From a virus, in IMG/VR virus record IMGVR_UViG_3300021093_000007: a DNA stretch of 64,000 nucleotides. One strand, 5' to 3'. The translations under genes and the position numbers were made by a program. The notes under the pieces are model-generated. The model did not search any database, was not told where the DNA came from, and was given only the letters and a program-made list of their open reading frames with translations. Positions 47,164-54,380 of the stretch are shown one piece after another; positions within the stretch are counted from its first letter, which is position 1; each line of letters starts with the position of its first letter.

Positions 47164-47346
47164 ATGATTGAATCCGAAATGAATCTCTGCGTTGATGCAG
47201 AGGAACACGAGATGATTAACATTGCATTGAATCATCTTCTTGATGCTTCGATGGAATTGAGTATTGATGACAATGAGCGTACACTGTTGTTAAAGCGTGT
47301 GCGTGATAAATCCTACAACCTCTGGGCACAACGATTCTCTAAATGA
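47164..47346 (+). CDS. Small hypothetical protein
   Basis: ORF track. Confidence 0.55.
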   Translation: MIESEMNLCVDAEEHEMINIALNHLLDASMELSIDDNERTLLLKRVRDKSYNLWAQRFSK

Positions 47347-47427
47347 CATTCCTAACTTATTACGGTATTCTGGTTATTCTGTCTGTGATTGTCAATTACT
47401 TTATTCAAGGACCACAAAGAATTGTAG

Positions 47428-47628
47428 ATGAAGAAGATTAAAGAGTCACCGATTAAGATTACAAAGTCACGGGATGAGGAATTGTTCCCGTGGCAATCTT
47501 TTTTATGGAGAATTGATAATTTAGATGAGAAGCGAACATGTTGGTTTGAATGCCAAGAACATGCAGAGAAGTATATTCGCCGTTATAATCCAAAATACAA
47601 ATTCACTCATTATATGGGCAAAAAATGA
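47428..47628 (+). CDS. Conserved cyanophage hypothetical protein
   Basis: FPWQSF.WR...CWFECQEHAEKYI.RY. Confidence 0.6.
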   Translation: MKKIKESPIKITKSRDEELFPWQSFLWRIDNLDEKRTCWFECQEHAEKYIRRYNPKYKFTHYMGKK

Positions 47629-47828
47629 ATCTTAAAACTTTTACTCGCACATCAGATGCACCGTATGACAAACATCGTTATGCCGTTGTATCCAATCGTG
47701 GTGAGCGTTTGATTCTTGATGATTATATGGAAGTATATCAGGTATGGGCACAATCTGATGAGTTGTCACATGTGGAAGTTCTTGATAGAATAGAGAAGAA
47801 GAAACCAGTCAAGGGATTTGGAGGTTAG
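47625..47828 (+). CDS. Small hypothetical protein (paralog family B)
   Basis: FTRTSDAPYDKH.Y...LSHVEVLD...KGF. Confidence 0.65.
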   Translation: MNLKTFTRTSDAPYDKHRYAVVSNRGERLILDDYMEVYQVWAQSDELSHVEVLDRIEKKKPVKGFGG

Positions 47829-47834
47829 TACAGT

Positions 47835-49013
47835 ATGGTGAATCCTGCGTATGTTGTTGGTTATGGGATGATTGATGCACTGGGAAATACTCCTGGTGAT
47901 TGCTTTTTGAATTTGATGAATGATTATAATCCCATTCAAAAGCTAGATTTTATGGGAGATCATAAGATTCAGTATGGTATTCCATGTTTGCATGATATTC
48001 TACTTCCCGAGGCGTTTACGCCGAAAATAACCGCTAACATGACGCGGGCACAACAGATGGCACTTCATGCAACTGAACAGGCACTGAAGATGGCAAATCT
48101 ACCACACTCATCAAATGTTGCTGTAATTGTATCAAGTGTATCAAATGATGTGGAGTTTCTTGATGGTAACTTCCAACGATTCAAAGAGAATAAGAGGGTA
48201 AATCCATTTAAGATTGTGAATCGTATTCCCGATATGATTGTAGGACAGATTACGAGTCATTATAAGTTTCACGGGGCATCACTGGCAATCTATGCAAGTT
48301 GTGCGACTGGAATGTATTCAATTGATTATGCGATGAGGATACTGGATGAGTATGATTATGTGATTGTAGGTGGAGCAGATGCTGGAGTCTTTGAGATGGC
48401 ATTAAAATACTTCGCTGGCATTGGCGCACTGGGTAATCATAATTCTCCATTTGATGAGAATCGTGAAGGATTTGTGATGGGAGAAGGCGCGGGTATTTTA
48501 ATTTTACAGTCAAAGGATAAAGTACAACACTATAAGTCAACTGTTCATGCAAAGTTATATCCAGTTGGTTGTGCAAGTGATGCAATGGATTTAACAAGTC
48601 CTGCCACTGATGGACGTGGTGCAAGATTAGCACTGGATAAAGCATTGGATGGTATTGAACCTGATACGATTGATGTGATCTCTGCACATGCTACAAGTAC
48701 ACCGATTGGTGATGAAGTAGAATATGATGTATTGCGTGAGTATTTGCCTGATATTCCAATCTATGCACCTAAATCAAAGATTGGTCATACACTTGCTGCT
48801 GCATCTGTATTGGAATGTATTTACGGTATTCTGAGTATGAAGAATGGTGTGATGCCATATTGTTATAATCTGAAGAATGCAGAGTATGATGTATCAAGGC
48901 AACTTATAAGGACTCCACGTAGCTTCAAGACATCAAAAGTTCTGCGTACAGTGAATAATAGTTTTGGTTTTGGTGGTAAGTGTGCATCACAAGTGATTGA
49001 GGTAAAACTGTGA
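47835..49013 (+). CDS. fabF: Beta-ketoacyl-ACP synthase (FabF/FabB-like)
   Basis: ASCATG (Cys), PFDENREGFVMGEGAG, SAHATST (His), KSKIGHT (His), NSFGFGG. Confidence 0.88.
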   Translation: MVNPAYVVGYGMIDALGNTPGDCFLNLMNDYNPIQKLDFMGDHKIQYGIPCLHDILLPEAFTPKITANMTRAQQMALHATEQALKMANLPHSSNVAVIVSSVSNDVEFLDGNFQRFKENKRVNPFKIVNRIPDMIVGQITSHYKFHGASLAIYASCATGMYSIDYAMRILDEYDYVIVGGADAGVFEMALKYFAGIGALGNHNSPFDENREGFVMGEGAGILILQSKDKVQHYKSTVHAKLYPVGCASDAMDLTSPATDGRGARLALDKALDGIEPDTIDVISAHATSTPIGDEVEYDVLREYLPDIPIYAPKSKIGHTLAAASVLECIYGILSMKNGVMPYCYNLKNAEYDVSRQLIRTPRSFKTSKVLRTVNNSFGFGGKCASQVIEVKL

Positions 49014-49282
49014 GTTATTATGTGGTTGTGAATCTGAATACAGGAGAGAATATATGTCAATGTGCATTGCTCAGTGATGCACAAATGATGGTAGCATTGA
49101 ATCCTGCGAATCGAGCATATCGTAAAGTTACACCGTTGAATGATCAGGTGATTGATATCACTGTAAATGATACAAAGGAACTTCCTGGTCAATTAGGACT
49201 ACCACCAGGGAGTTATAAACTTGAAGGTCAAAAGATTTATAAATTAACTGAGAATCAGCAAGTGGCATTTAATGGACTTTGA
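49010..49282 (+). CDS. Hypothetical protein
   Basis: GTGA-coupled ORF. Confidence 0.55.
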   Translation: MSYYVVVNLNTGENICQCALLSDAQMMVALNPANRAYRKVTPLNDQVIDITVNDTKELPGQLGLPPGSYKLEGQKIYKLTENQQVAFNGL

Positions 49283-50270
49283 TCAGAATTATAGTGAAAG
49301 AATGCAGTCTCTCAATAAAGAGATAGACTCTCAATATAATGGTATTGCACTGATTAATGAATCAATGCGATTAAGTTATTATGATCAAATTCTAAAAGAA
49401 TGTAAAGGTAAACGTTGTATTGATGTTGGTTCAGGTAGTGGTGTTCTAGCATTCCTAGCATTAAAGCATAAAGCAAAGCATGTAACCTGTTTTGAACAAA
49501 ATCCAAAGTCTGCTGCTCATATTCAAAATGTAGCAAAAAAAATGGGTTTATCTAAAAAGATTCATGTGATTAATAATGAATTCATTGCATCTAAATTTGA
49601 TTCATATAATGTTAAAGATGTTGATATTCTCTTTCATGAATTGGTAGGATCTTTTATCTGGAATGATATGATGGGTAGTGCATTTAATGTCCCATTACCC
49701 TTTAAAATACTACCATCTGAATATATCATTCATTTTAGTATTATACGTTTAACTATTCAAGATTATAGTCATTTGATTAATATTGAGAATAATCCAGGTA
49801 TCTCAAGAGGAGTAACATTAGACCTGGGTTTATCTCCTAAATTTGCTGAATATTATAATAATGTTATTCACTCAGCAGATCATTATTATCATCATGTTCA
49901 TCTTGTGGATAAAAATAGCACTTTTGTAGGTGTTCGCAATCTATTGCAAGACATCTATCAAACACATGAATTTGAACATATTGGCACTCATGTGTTTGAT
50001 ATTAATAATCCAGAACACTATCAGTCAAATCGTATCATACAGTTTAAGTTACCAGAGATTGATGAACCTTATTTACTTGTGATTCGTCCAATGTTAAAGT
50101 GTGGAGATTCTGTATTAGACTTTAAACATTGTTATACTGCATTCACTGGATATTATACTCCTGTTATTATTCCACCTCATAGTTCTTGTAATGCATTCCG
50201 TTATAAAATCTTTGAAAATGATATGAAAATTGACAAAATAACATTAAAAAAAGGTTTTTCTATTAATTAA
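49272..50270 (+). CDS. Class I SAM-dependent methyltransferase, PRMT-like
   Basis: LIN...R..YY, IDVGSGSGVLA, HVTCFE, VDILFHELVG. Confidence 0.75.
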   Translation: MDFDQNYSERMQSLNKEIDSQYNGIALINESMRLSYYDQILKECKGKRCIDVGSGSGVLAFLALKHKAKHVTCFEQNPKSAAHIQNVAKKMGLSKKIHVINNEFIASKFDSYNVKDVDILFHELVGSFIWNDMMGSAFNVPLPFKILPSEYIIHFSIIRLTIQDYSHLINIENNPGISRGVTLDLGLSPKFAEYYNNVIHSADHYYHHVHLVDKNSTFVGVRNLLQDIYQTHEFEHIGTHVFDINNPEHYQSNRIIQFKLPEIDEPYLLVIRPMLKCGDSVLDFKHCYTAFTGYYTPVIIPPHSSCNAFRYKIFENDMKIDKITLKKGFSIN

Positions 50271-50400
50271 ATGTATTTTTAAATATAAAAGTGTGTTTTT
50301 GTTCTTGATTCTCATTTGCAAATACTTATTGAGAATACAGTGGTTTATGCTCTTATAATCCCTCTGAATCCCTCTGAATCCTTGTGATCTTAGGCAGCGT

Positions 50401-50429
50401 ATTATAGCACAACCGCAAAAAAACGTCAA
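50401..50429 (-). promoter_or_regulatory. Antisense sigma70-type promoter in non-coding region
   Basis: Minus strand TTGACG-N17-TATAAT with TGn extension. Confidence 0.7.
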
Positions 50430-50464
50430 GACCCGCGAAGAAAAATATAAGGATTCGCACAAAA

Positions 50465-50600
50465 TCTCGACGAGACGGGCACTTGACAATCTCGACGAGA
50501 TGTGCATCAAGACTCATAAGATCATCATAAAATCTCGACGAGACCTGCGCGGTTATTCTCAATAACAAATCCTTATTGAGAATCATAAATCTCGACGAGA
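50465..50600. repeat. Four copies of TCTCGACGAGA
   Basis: Exact copies at 50465, 50490, 50533, 50590. Confidence 0.9.
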
Positions 50601-50684
50601 TGTGGGCGAATCCACATATGGTATCATATAAGTTCTCGTTGTGTCATATATAATGCATCGTTATCAATACATTCTTATAAGGTA

Positions 50685-50713
50685 TTGACACAACGGTAAG
50701 TGTGGAGTAAGAT
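50685..50713 (+). promoter_or_regulatory. Sigma70-type early promoter
   Basis: TTGACA-N17-TAAGAT. Confidence 0.65.
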
Positions 50714-50737
50714 TACTACAGTTCGCACAAAGTTCTC

Positions 50738-50908
50738 ATGACAACTATCTACGATCAAGCCCGTAAGCATCGTTATCGCGTCACACTGGAACTCGACGTT
50801 CTTGGTGACTTTGATCCTCACAATATTAATTGGGAGAAGATGTTTAAACTTGAATCTGGTGAGAAGTGCGATGCTTATATTGAGGATCTGGATTCTGATA
50901 TCTGGTGA
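50738..50908 (+). CDS. Conserved small cyanophage protein
   Basis: 56-aa ORF read manually (RYRVTLELDVLGDFDPHNINWEKMF). Confidence 0.65.
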   Translation: MTTIYDQARKHRYRVTLELDVLGDFDPHNINWEKMFKLESGEKCDAYIEDLDSDIW

Positions 50909-50935
50909 GGCGTAACTCCTCAATATAACATAAAG

Positions 50936-50974
50936 GGCCTTATGTGTCAAGGTGGGGGCACATAAGGTCTTTTT
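50936..50974. terminator. Probably bidirectional intrinsic terminator
   Basis: GGCCTTATGTGTC/GGCACATAAGGTC stem, T5 after and A-run before. Confidence 0.65.
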
Positions 50975-51114
50975 ATGTTTTTGTATACTTTTTATAAAAA
51001 AGTTTGCAGGTTCGGTGTCGATGTGTTGATCAGGCAGATACCCCTCTGCCGTTCCCCTAAGGGCGCTGGTTGTCCTTATAAAATAGCACAGAAGATCGGA
51101 AAAGATCCGATGAT

Positions 51115-51173
51115 GTGCCAGTTTTTGAGCAGTCCACTGGTTGGTTGCATGGTGGGTTTGCAGCGGTTATATT
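51115..51173 (+). promoter_or_regulatory. 22-bp inverted-repeat promoter cassette
   Basis: GTGCCAG-N8-CAGTCCA; TATATT at 51168. Confidence 0.7.
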
Positions 51174-51199
51174 GGCGGAGTCCAACACACCTCAACCCA

Positions 51200-51664
51200 A
51201 TGGGCACTCGTTCTCGCATCGGTTACGAACTTCCTGATCATTCTGTGGTTAGTGTTTACTGCCACTGGGATGGTTATGTTGAACACAATGGTAAGATTCT
51301 GGTAGAGCATTATCAGAACCGCGATGATGTTCAGGACCTGATTAATGGTGGTTCGATGTCATGTCTTCGTACAAATCGTACCTGGGATAGTGCTGCTCTT
51401 CGTGATAAGGAGGGCAATATTATAGAGGATGATGCTGGCATTTGGTCTTATTCTCACACTCGTGAACCACAACCTTTGTATCATACAGAGCGTGGTGAAG
51501 AGTTAGATGTTGATCATACTGATTTTGATCAATTTGTCTCTGGTAAAATGTGCGGTGAAGAGTATGCATACCTGTTCGATTTGAACGGTAACTGGAAAGC
51601 ATACAAGATCGGTTGGGGACCTGTTGAGCGGGTCAATATTCCCAACTATGTGACAGCAGCGTAA
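51200..51664 (+). CDS. Conserved phage protein (MGTRSRIG...VYCHWDGY family)
   Basis: Family-typical N-terminus and EEYAYLF C-terminus; start moved from 50975. Confidence 0.75.
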   Translation: MGTRSRIGYELPDHSVVSVYCHWDGYVEHNGKILVEHYQNRDDVQDLINGGSMSCLRTNRTWDSAALRDKEGNIIEDDAGIWSYSHTREPQPLYHTERGEELDVDHTDFDQFVSGKMCGEEYAYLFDLNGNWKAYKIGWGPVERVNIPNYVTAA

Positions 51665-51708
51665 CTGTCCACCTCGGGGTGCTCCGCACCCCTTCCACCC
51701 CTTATACT
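51650..51708 (+). promoter_or_regulatory. 22-bp inverted-repeat promoter cassette
   Basis: GTGACAG-N8-CTGTCCA; GGGGTGC/GCACCCC hairpin; TATACT at 51703. Confidence 0.75.
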
Positions 51709-51730
51709 GACATCAGTTCACACCACCCCA

Positions 51731-51880
51731 ATGAACTTCACCATCTCTGAACTCTCTGCTCTTGCTGATCTGATTGCATTCCATGATGATTGGGATGAGT
51801 GCAGCGAAATCGTTGGTTGCGATGTTGCTGTACTTCATGAAAAGATCATGGATCTGATGACTGCTGCAGGAGAAGGTTGA
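51731..51880 (+). CDS. Small acidic protein
   Basis: 49-aa ORF read manually after promoter. Confidence 0.55.
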   Translation: MNFTISELSALADLIAFHDDWDECSEIVGCDVAVLHEKIMDLMTAAGEG

Positions 51881-52095
51881 TGGCACTTTCCAACACATCA
51901 ATCAAAAAAATCGCTGCAGCACTTGCTGAAGATGTTGCAGCAGATTTGATTCATGATGACGATTGGTTAGACTTCCTTCATACTGCGATTGGAAATCTGA
52001 TTGTCAACAAACTGGGTCAAATCGATGATGAGGTTCTTGCAGAACTCATTATGATGATCTCTGAAAACTTGTACGTAAAGTCTTATGAATTCTGA
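51880..52095 (+). CDS. Small acidic protein
   Basis: TGATG-coupled ORF. Confidence 0.6.
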   Translation: MALSNTSIKKIAAALAEDVAADLIHDDDWLDFLHTAIGNLIVNKLGQIDDEVLAELIMMISENLYVKSYEF

Positions 52096-52204
52096 AATTC
52101 AAGAAGTGATGTCAATTGATGAGGCATTCACTGCTGCAATTGAAGAAGAAGCAGCAAAGCTGGAAGTCACTGTAGATTATTATCTGGAGGAATTCTTCCT
52201 CTAG

Positions 52205-52261
52205 TGGACAGTCTGTGAACTGTCCATAAAATCTCGACGAGACGCGCACCCGCGTTATTAT
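52205..52261 (+). promoter_or_regulatory. 22-bp inverted-repeat cassette carrying TCTCGACGAGA at the -35 position
   Basis: TGGACAG-N8-CTGTCCA; TCTCGACGAGA at 52232; TATTAT at 52256. Confidence 0.7.
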
Positions 52262-52282
52262 TCATTTGTTCACTTCTGAATC

Positions 52283-52516
52283 ATGAAGTATCAAATCACT
52301 TCCATTGAGTTTGATTGTTCACTTGACGAGGATGACTGGTCAGAATCAGACCAAATCATGACTGAAGAACGCCTCAATGAGGTTTATGTTGGTCAGATTT
52401 GGGATGCTGATGATGAGGAAGATCTCATAGATGAGATTAGCACTGCATCTGGTTGGTGCATCAAATCCATTGATTATCGCCACGTTCTCAAAACCAACAA
52501 CTTTGGAGACAACTGA
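52283..52516 (+). CDS. Small acidic cyanophage protein
   Basis: IEFD...WDADDEEDLIDEISTASGWCIKSIDY. Confidence 0.65.
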   Translation: MKYQITSIEFDCSLDEDDWSESDQIMTEERLNEVYVGQIWDADDEEDLIDEISTASGWCIKSIDYRHVLKTNNFGDN

Positions 52517-52785
52517 TGTATCGAACTCTTGCTGAACTTCGTGACTCTATCAACCAAATGATTGAGAGTCAAGGTGAGAACGCAGGTTGTGCTGCGTTTG
52601 TATTCACTCAACACGATGTCTTTGAGTATAACGAAGAAGACAATCAAGACCAGTATTTTCCTACTGTCTTCACTCAAGATGTGCTCTGTGATGTAGGAGG
52701 TTCTTCCTACATTTACGAACAGGTTGGTGAGATGATTGATGATGCAATCCGTCTCCGCAAAAAACTTCCCCTCTACGCTAACTGA
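52516..52785 (+). CDS. Small acidic protein
   Basis: TGATG-coupled ORF. Confidence 0.6.
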   Translation: MYRTLAELRDSINQMIESQGENAGCAAFVFTQHDVFEYNEEDNQDQYFPTVFTQDVLCDVGGSSYIYEQVGEMIDDAIRLRKKLPLYAN

Positions 52786-52786
52786 C

Positions 52787-52960
52787 ATGAACCGTCAAGA
52801 ACTTCTGGATGCCTACATTGATCGCATCCTTGACAACATGAGCACCAAAGATTTGATGCGTTTGGTAGGCGATCAGATCGAAGAAAACCTCTCTGGTTAT
52901 AGCGACGAAGAACTGATTGCAGAGGTTGAAGAATACTATCCTGAACTGCTGGAAGGATAA
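52787..52960 (+). CDS. Small acidic protein
   Basis: MNRQELLDAYI...EVEEYYPELLE. Confidence 0.6.
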   Translation: MNRQELLDAYIDRILDNMSTKDLMRLVGDQIEENLSGYSDEELIAEVEEYYPELLEG

Positions 52961-53035
52961 GAAACTTTAATGGGTCAGGGGGTTGCAATTCTCGCGGATG
53001 GGTGCCATGATGACATCAGTTCACGGGAACACCCC

Positions 53036-53167
53036 ATGACCCTCGTCTCCGCCTCTGACATCCAAACCCGCAAACTGGTCTGGATCAAGAACAGCACCGC
53101 CACTGGTGTGCCAGCTGCAGCACCGTCCTATGTGTGGGCAGAACTGGGTCGCCGTGGTATGATTTGA
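53036..53167 (+). CDS. Small hypothetical protein
   Basis: After TTGCAA-N17-CATGAT promoter; start moved. Confidence 0.5.
   Translation: MTLVSASDIQTRKLVWIKNSTATGVPAAAPSYVWAELGRRGMI
53108..53163 (+). promoter_or_regulatory. 22-bp inverted-repeat promoter cassette (degenerate)
   Basis: GTGCCAG-N8-CCGTCCT; TATGAT at 53158. Confidence 0.55.
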
Positions 53168-53420
53168 TCGTTCACCACTGAACTCCAATGCCTGAAATCA
53201 CCTGGATTGATGATCTTCCGATGCCCGCAATGTCGGAAGATGAGTATCAAGAATCCGAACATTATGAGGATTCTGATTGGTGGAATGACCCCAATTGTGT
53301 AATGTCCCGTCATCATTATTGATCATGATTGAATCACTCTTGGCTGCTTACATTGTCGGTCAGGTTATCACTGGACCGAATCAAATCACAACAGATTATC
53401 TCAACGAAGATAATCAGATT

Positions 53421-53477
53421 GTGACAGTTATCGAACCGATCCAAGAGGTTGACACCAACTATTGGTGATGCTATCAT
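53421..53477 (+). promoter_or_regulatory. 22-bp inverted-repeat cassette plus full sigma70 promoter
   Basis: GTGACAG-N8-CCGATCC; TTGACA(53449)-N17-TATCAT. Confidence 0.7.
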
Positions 53478-53547
53478 AGGTTCACAAGCGGGGGTGAAGC
53501 ATCCCGCTCAAAACACTTCACTCAAACCCTTACTTTTTTAATTTATT

Positions 53548-53763
53548 ATGTTTAACTTCACTTCTTCTGCCATCGAAAGCATCTCTGATGTGACTGATGG
53601 TAAAGTGACCGTCACCTTCGTTGGTGGTCGTGAGTACACCTACGCTGTGCCCAATGTTGATCAATTCGTTAGCGAACTGACCAGCACTATCAACGCACGA
53701 GGTAGCGTGGGTCGCTTTGTCAACACTGCGATCAAGAGCGAGCAACTGGTTGCTTCCCTCTGA
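53548..53763 (+). CDS. KTSC-domain-like protein
   Basis: SSAIESI...VTF..GREYTY.V...SVGRFVNTAIK. Confidence 0.6.
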   Translation: MFNFTSSAIESISDVTDGKVTVTFVGGREYTYAVPNVDQFVSELTSTINARGSVGRFVNTAIKSEQLVASL

Positions 53764-53773
53764 TAGTAACAGA

Positions 53774-53840
53774 TCTCGTCGAGATTATCACATTTAATCT
53801 CGACGAGTTTATCACACTTACAAATCTCGACTAGGTATCA
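53774..53840. repeat. Three ~25-bp units of TCTCG(A/T)CGAG plus TATCAC
   Basis: Copies at 53774 (inverted), 53798 and 53825 (degenerate), each followed by TATCAC. Confidence 0.8.
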
Positions 53841-53846
53841 CGTATC

Positions 53847-53978
53847 ATGGAAAACACTTCGATTCTGATTTCAATGCTTCGTCAGGGTAGCAATGGTGAA
53901 GAAATCCTTCAGATTCTTGACACCATCACCGCTTCTGATGATACAATGAAACCGACCAGTGAACCAATCGATTTCTGA
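53847..53978 (+). CDS. Small hypothetical protein
   Basis: 43-aa ORF read manually (LISMLRQGSNGEEILQILDTI). Confidence 0.5.
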   Translation: MENTSILISMLRQGSNGEEILQILDTITASDDTMKPTSEPIDF

Positions 53979-53982
53979 TACA

Positions 53983-54171
53983 ATGGACACCGCATTCGTC
54001 ACGCCTGTATCTAAAAAAGCAAAAAACAGATTTGCTAATTTAATGGACGGAATTGATGAGTGTATTGTAGAACAACACAAAGAGGATAAAGTATTCCTCA
54101 CCAGTCACAACGGTAGAAACCATTTCTGGGTTAATCTAAACAAAGATCCTGACTGGATTGTAGAGTTCTAA
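53983..54171 (+). CDS. Small hypothetical protein (paralog family A)
   Basis: PVSKKAKNRFANLMDG...HFWVN..DPDW. Confidence 0.65.
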   Translation: MDTAFVTPVSKKAKNRFANLMDGIDECIVEQHKEDKVFLTSHNGRNHFWVNLNKDPDWIVEF

Positions 54172-54179
54172 TCTAACAC

Positions 54180-54208
54180 AAAACCACGCCAGAGGGCGTG
54201 GTTTTTTT
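54180..54208. terminator. Bidirectional intrinsic terminator
   Basis: AAAACCACGCC-AGAG-GGCGTGGTTTTTTT. Confidence 0.8.
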
Positions 54209-54380
54209 ATACCTGTATGCTTCCCACCCCTCCCGCCCTCTAGCGTAGGGGCGCTGCCCCCTAGAAGTCAACCCCTGGGCCATAAGAATTTTTGATGTCG
54301 CCCATAAGATTTCCTGATCAGAAAACCCGTTGCGCTGTGCCCGTGATGCTGTAGGATTCTGGCAACGCCAACCCACCCCC

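Noticed and set aside
50244-50586. Minus-strand ORFs across the repeat region
   Set aside because: Translations merely reflect the DNA repeats (SSR, RLVEI); no SD or protein-like features.
50465-50600. TCTCGACGAGA array as a mini-CRISPR
   Set aside because: Repeat is only 11-14 bp, gaps are irregular (14, 32, 46 nt), and no cas gene is in the window.
50975-51199. 75-aa N-terminal extension of the 50975..51664 ORF
   Set aside because: It spans a promoter cassette; the family-typical start MGTRSRIG is at 51200.
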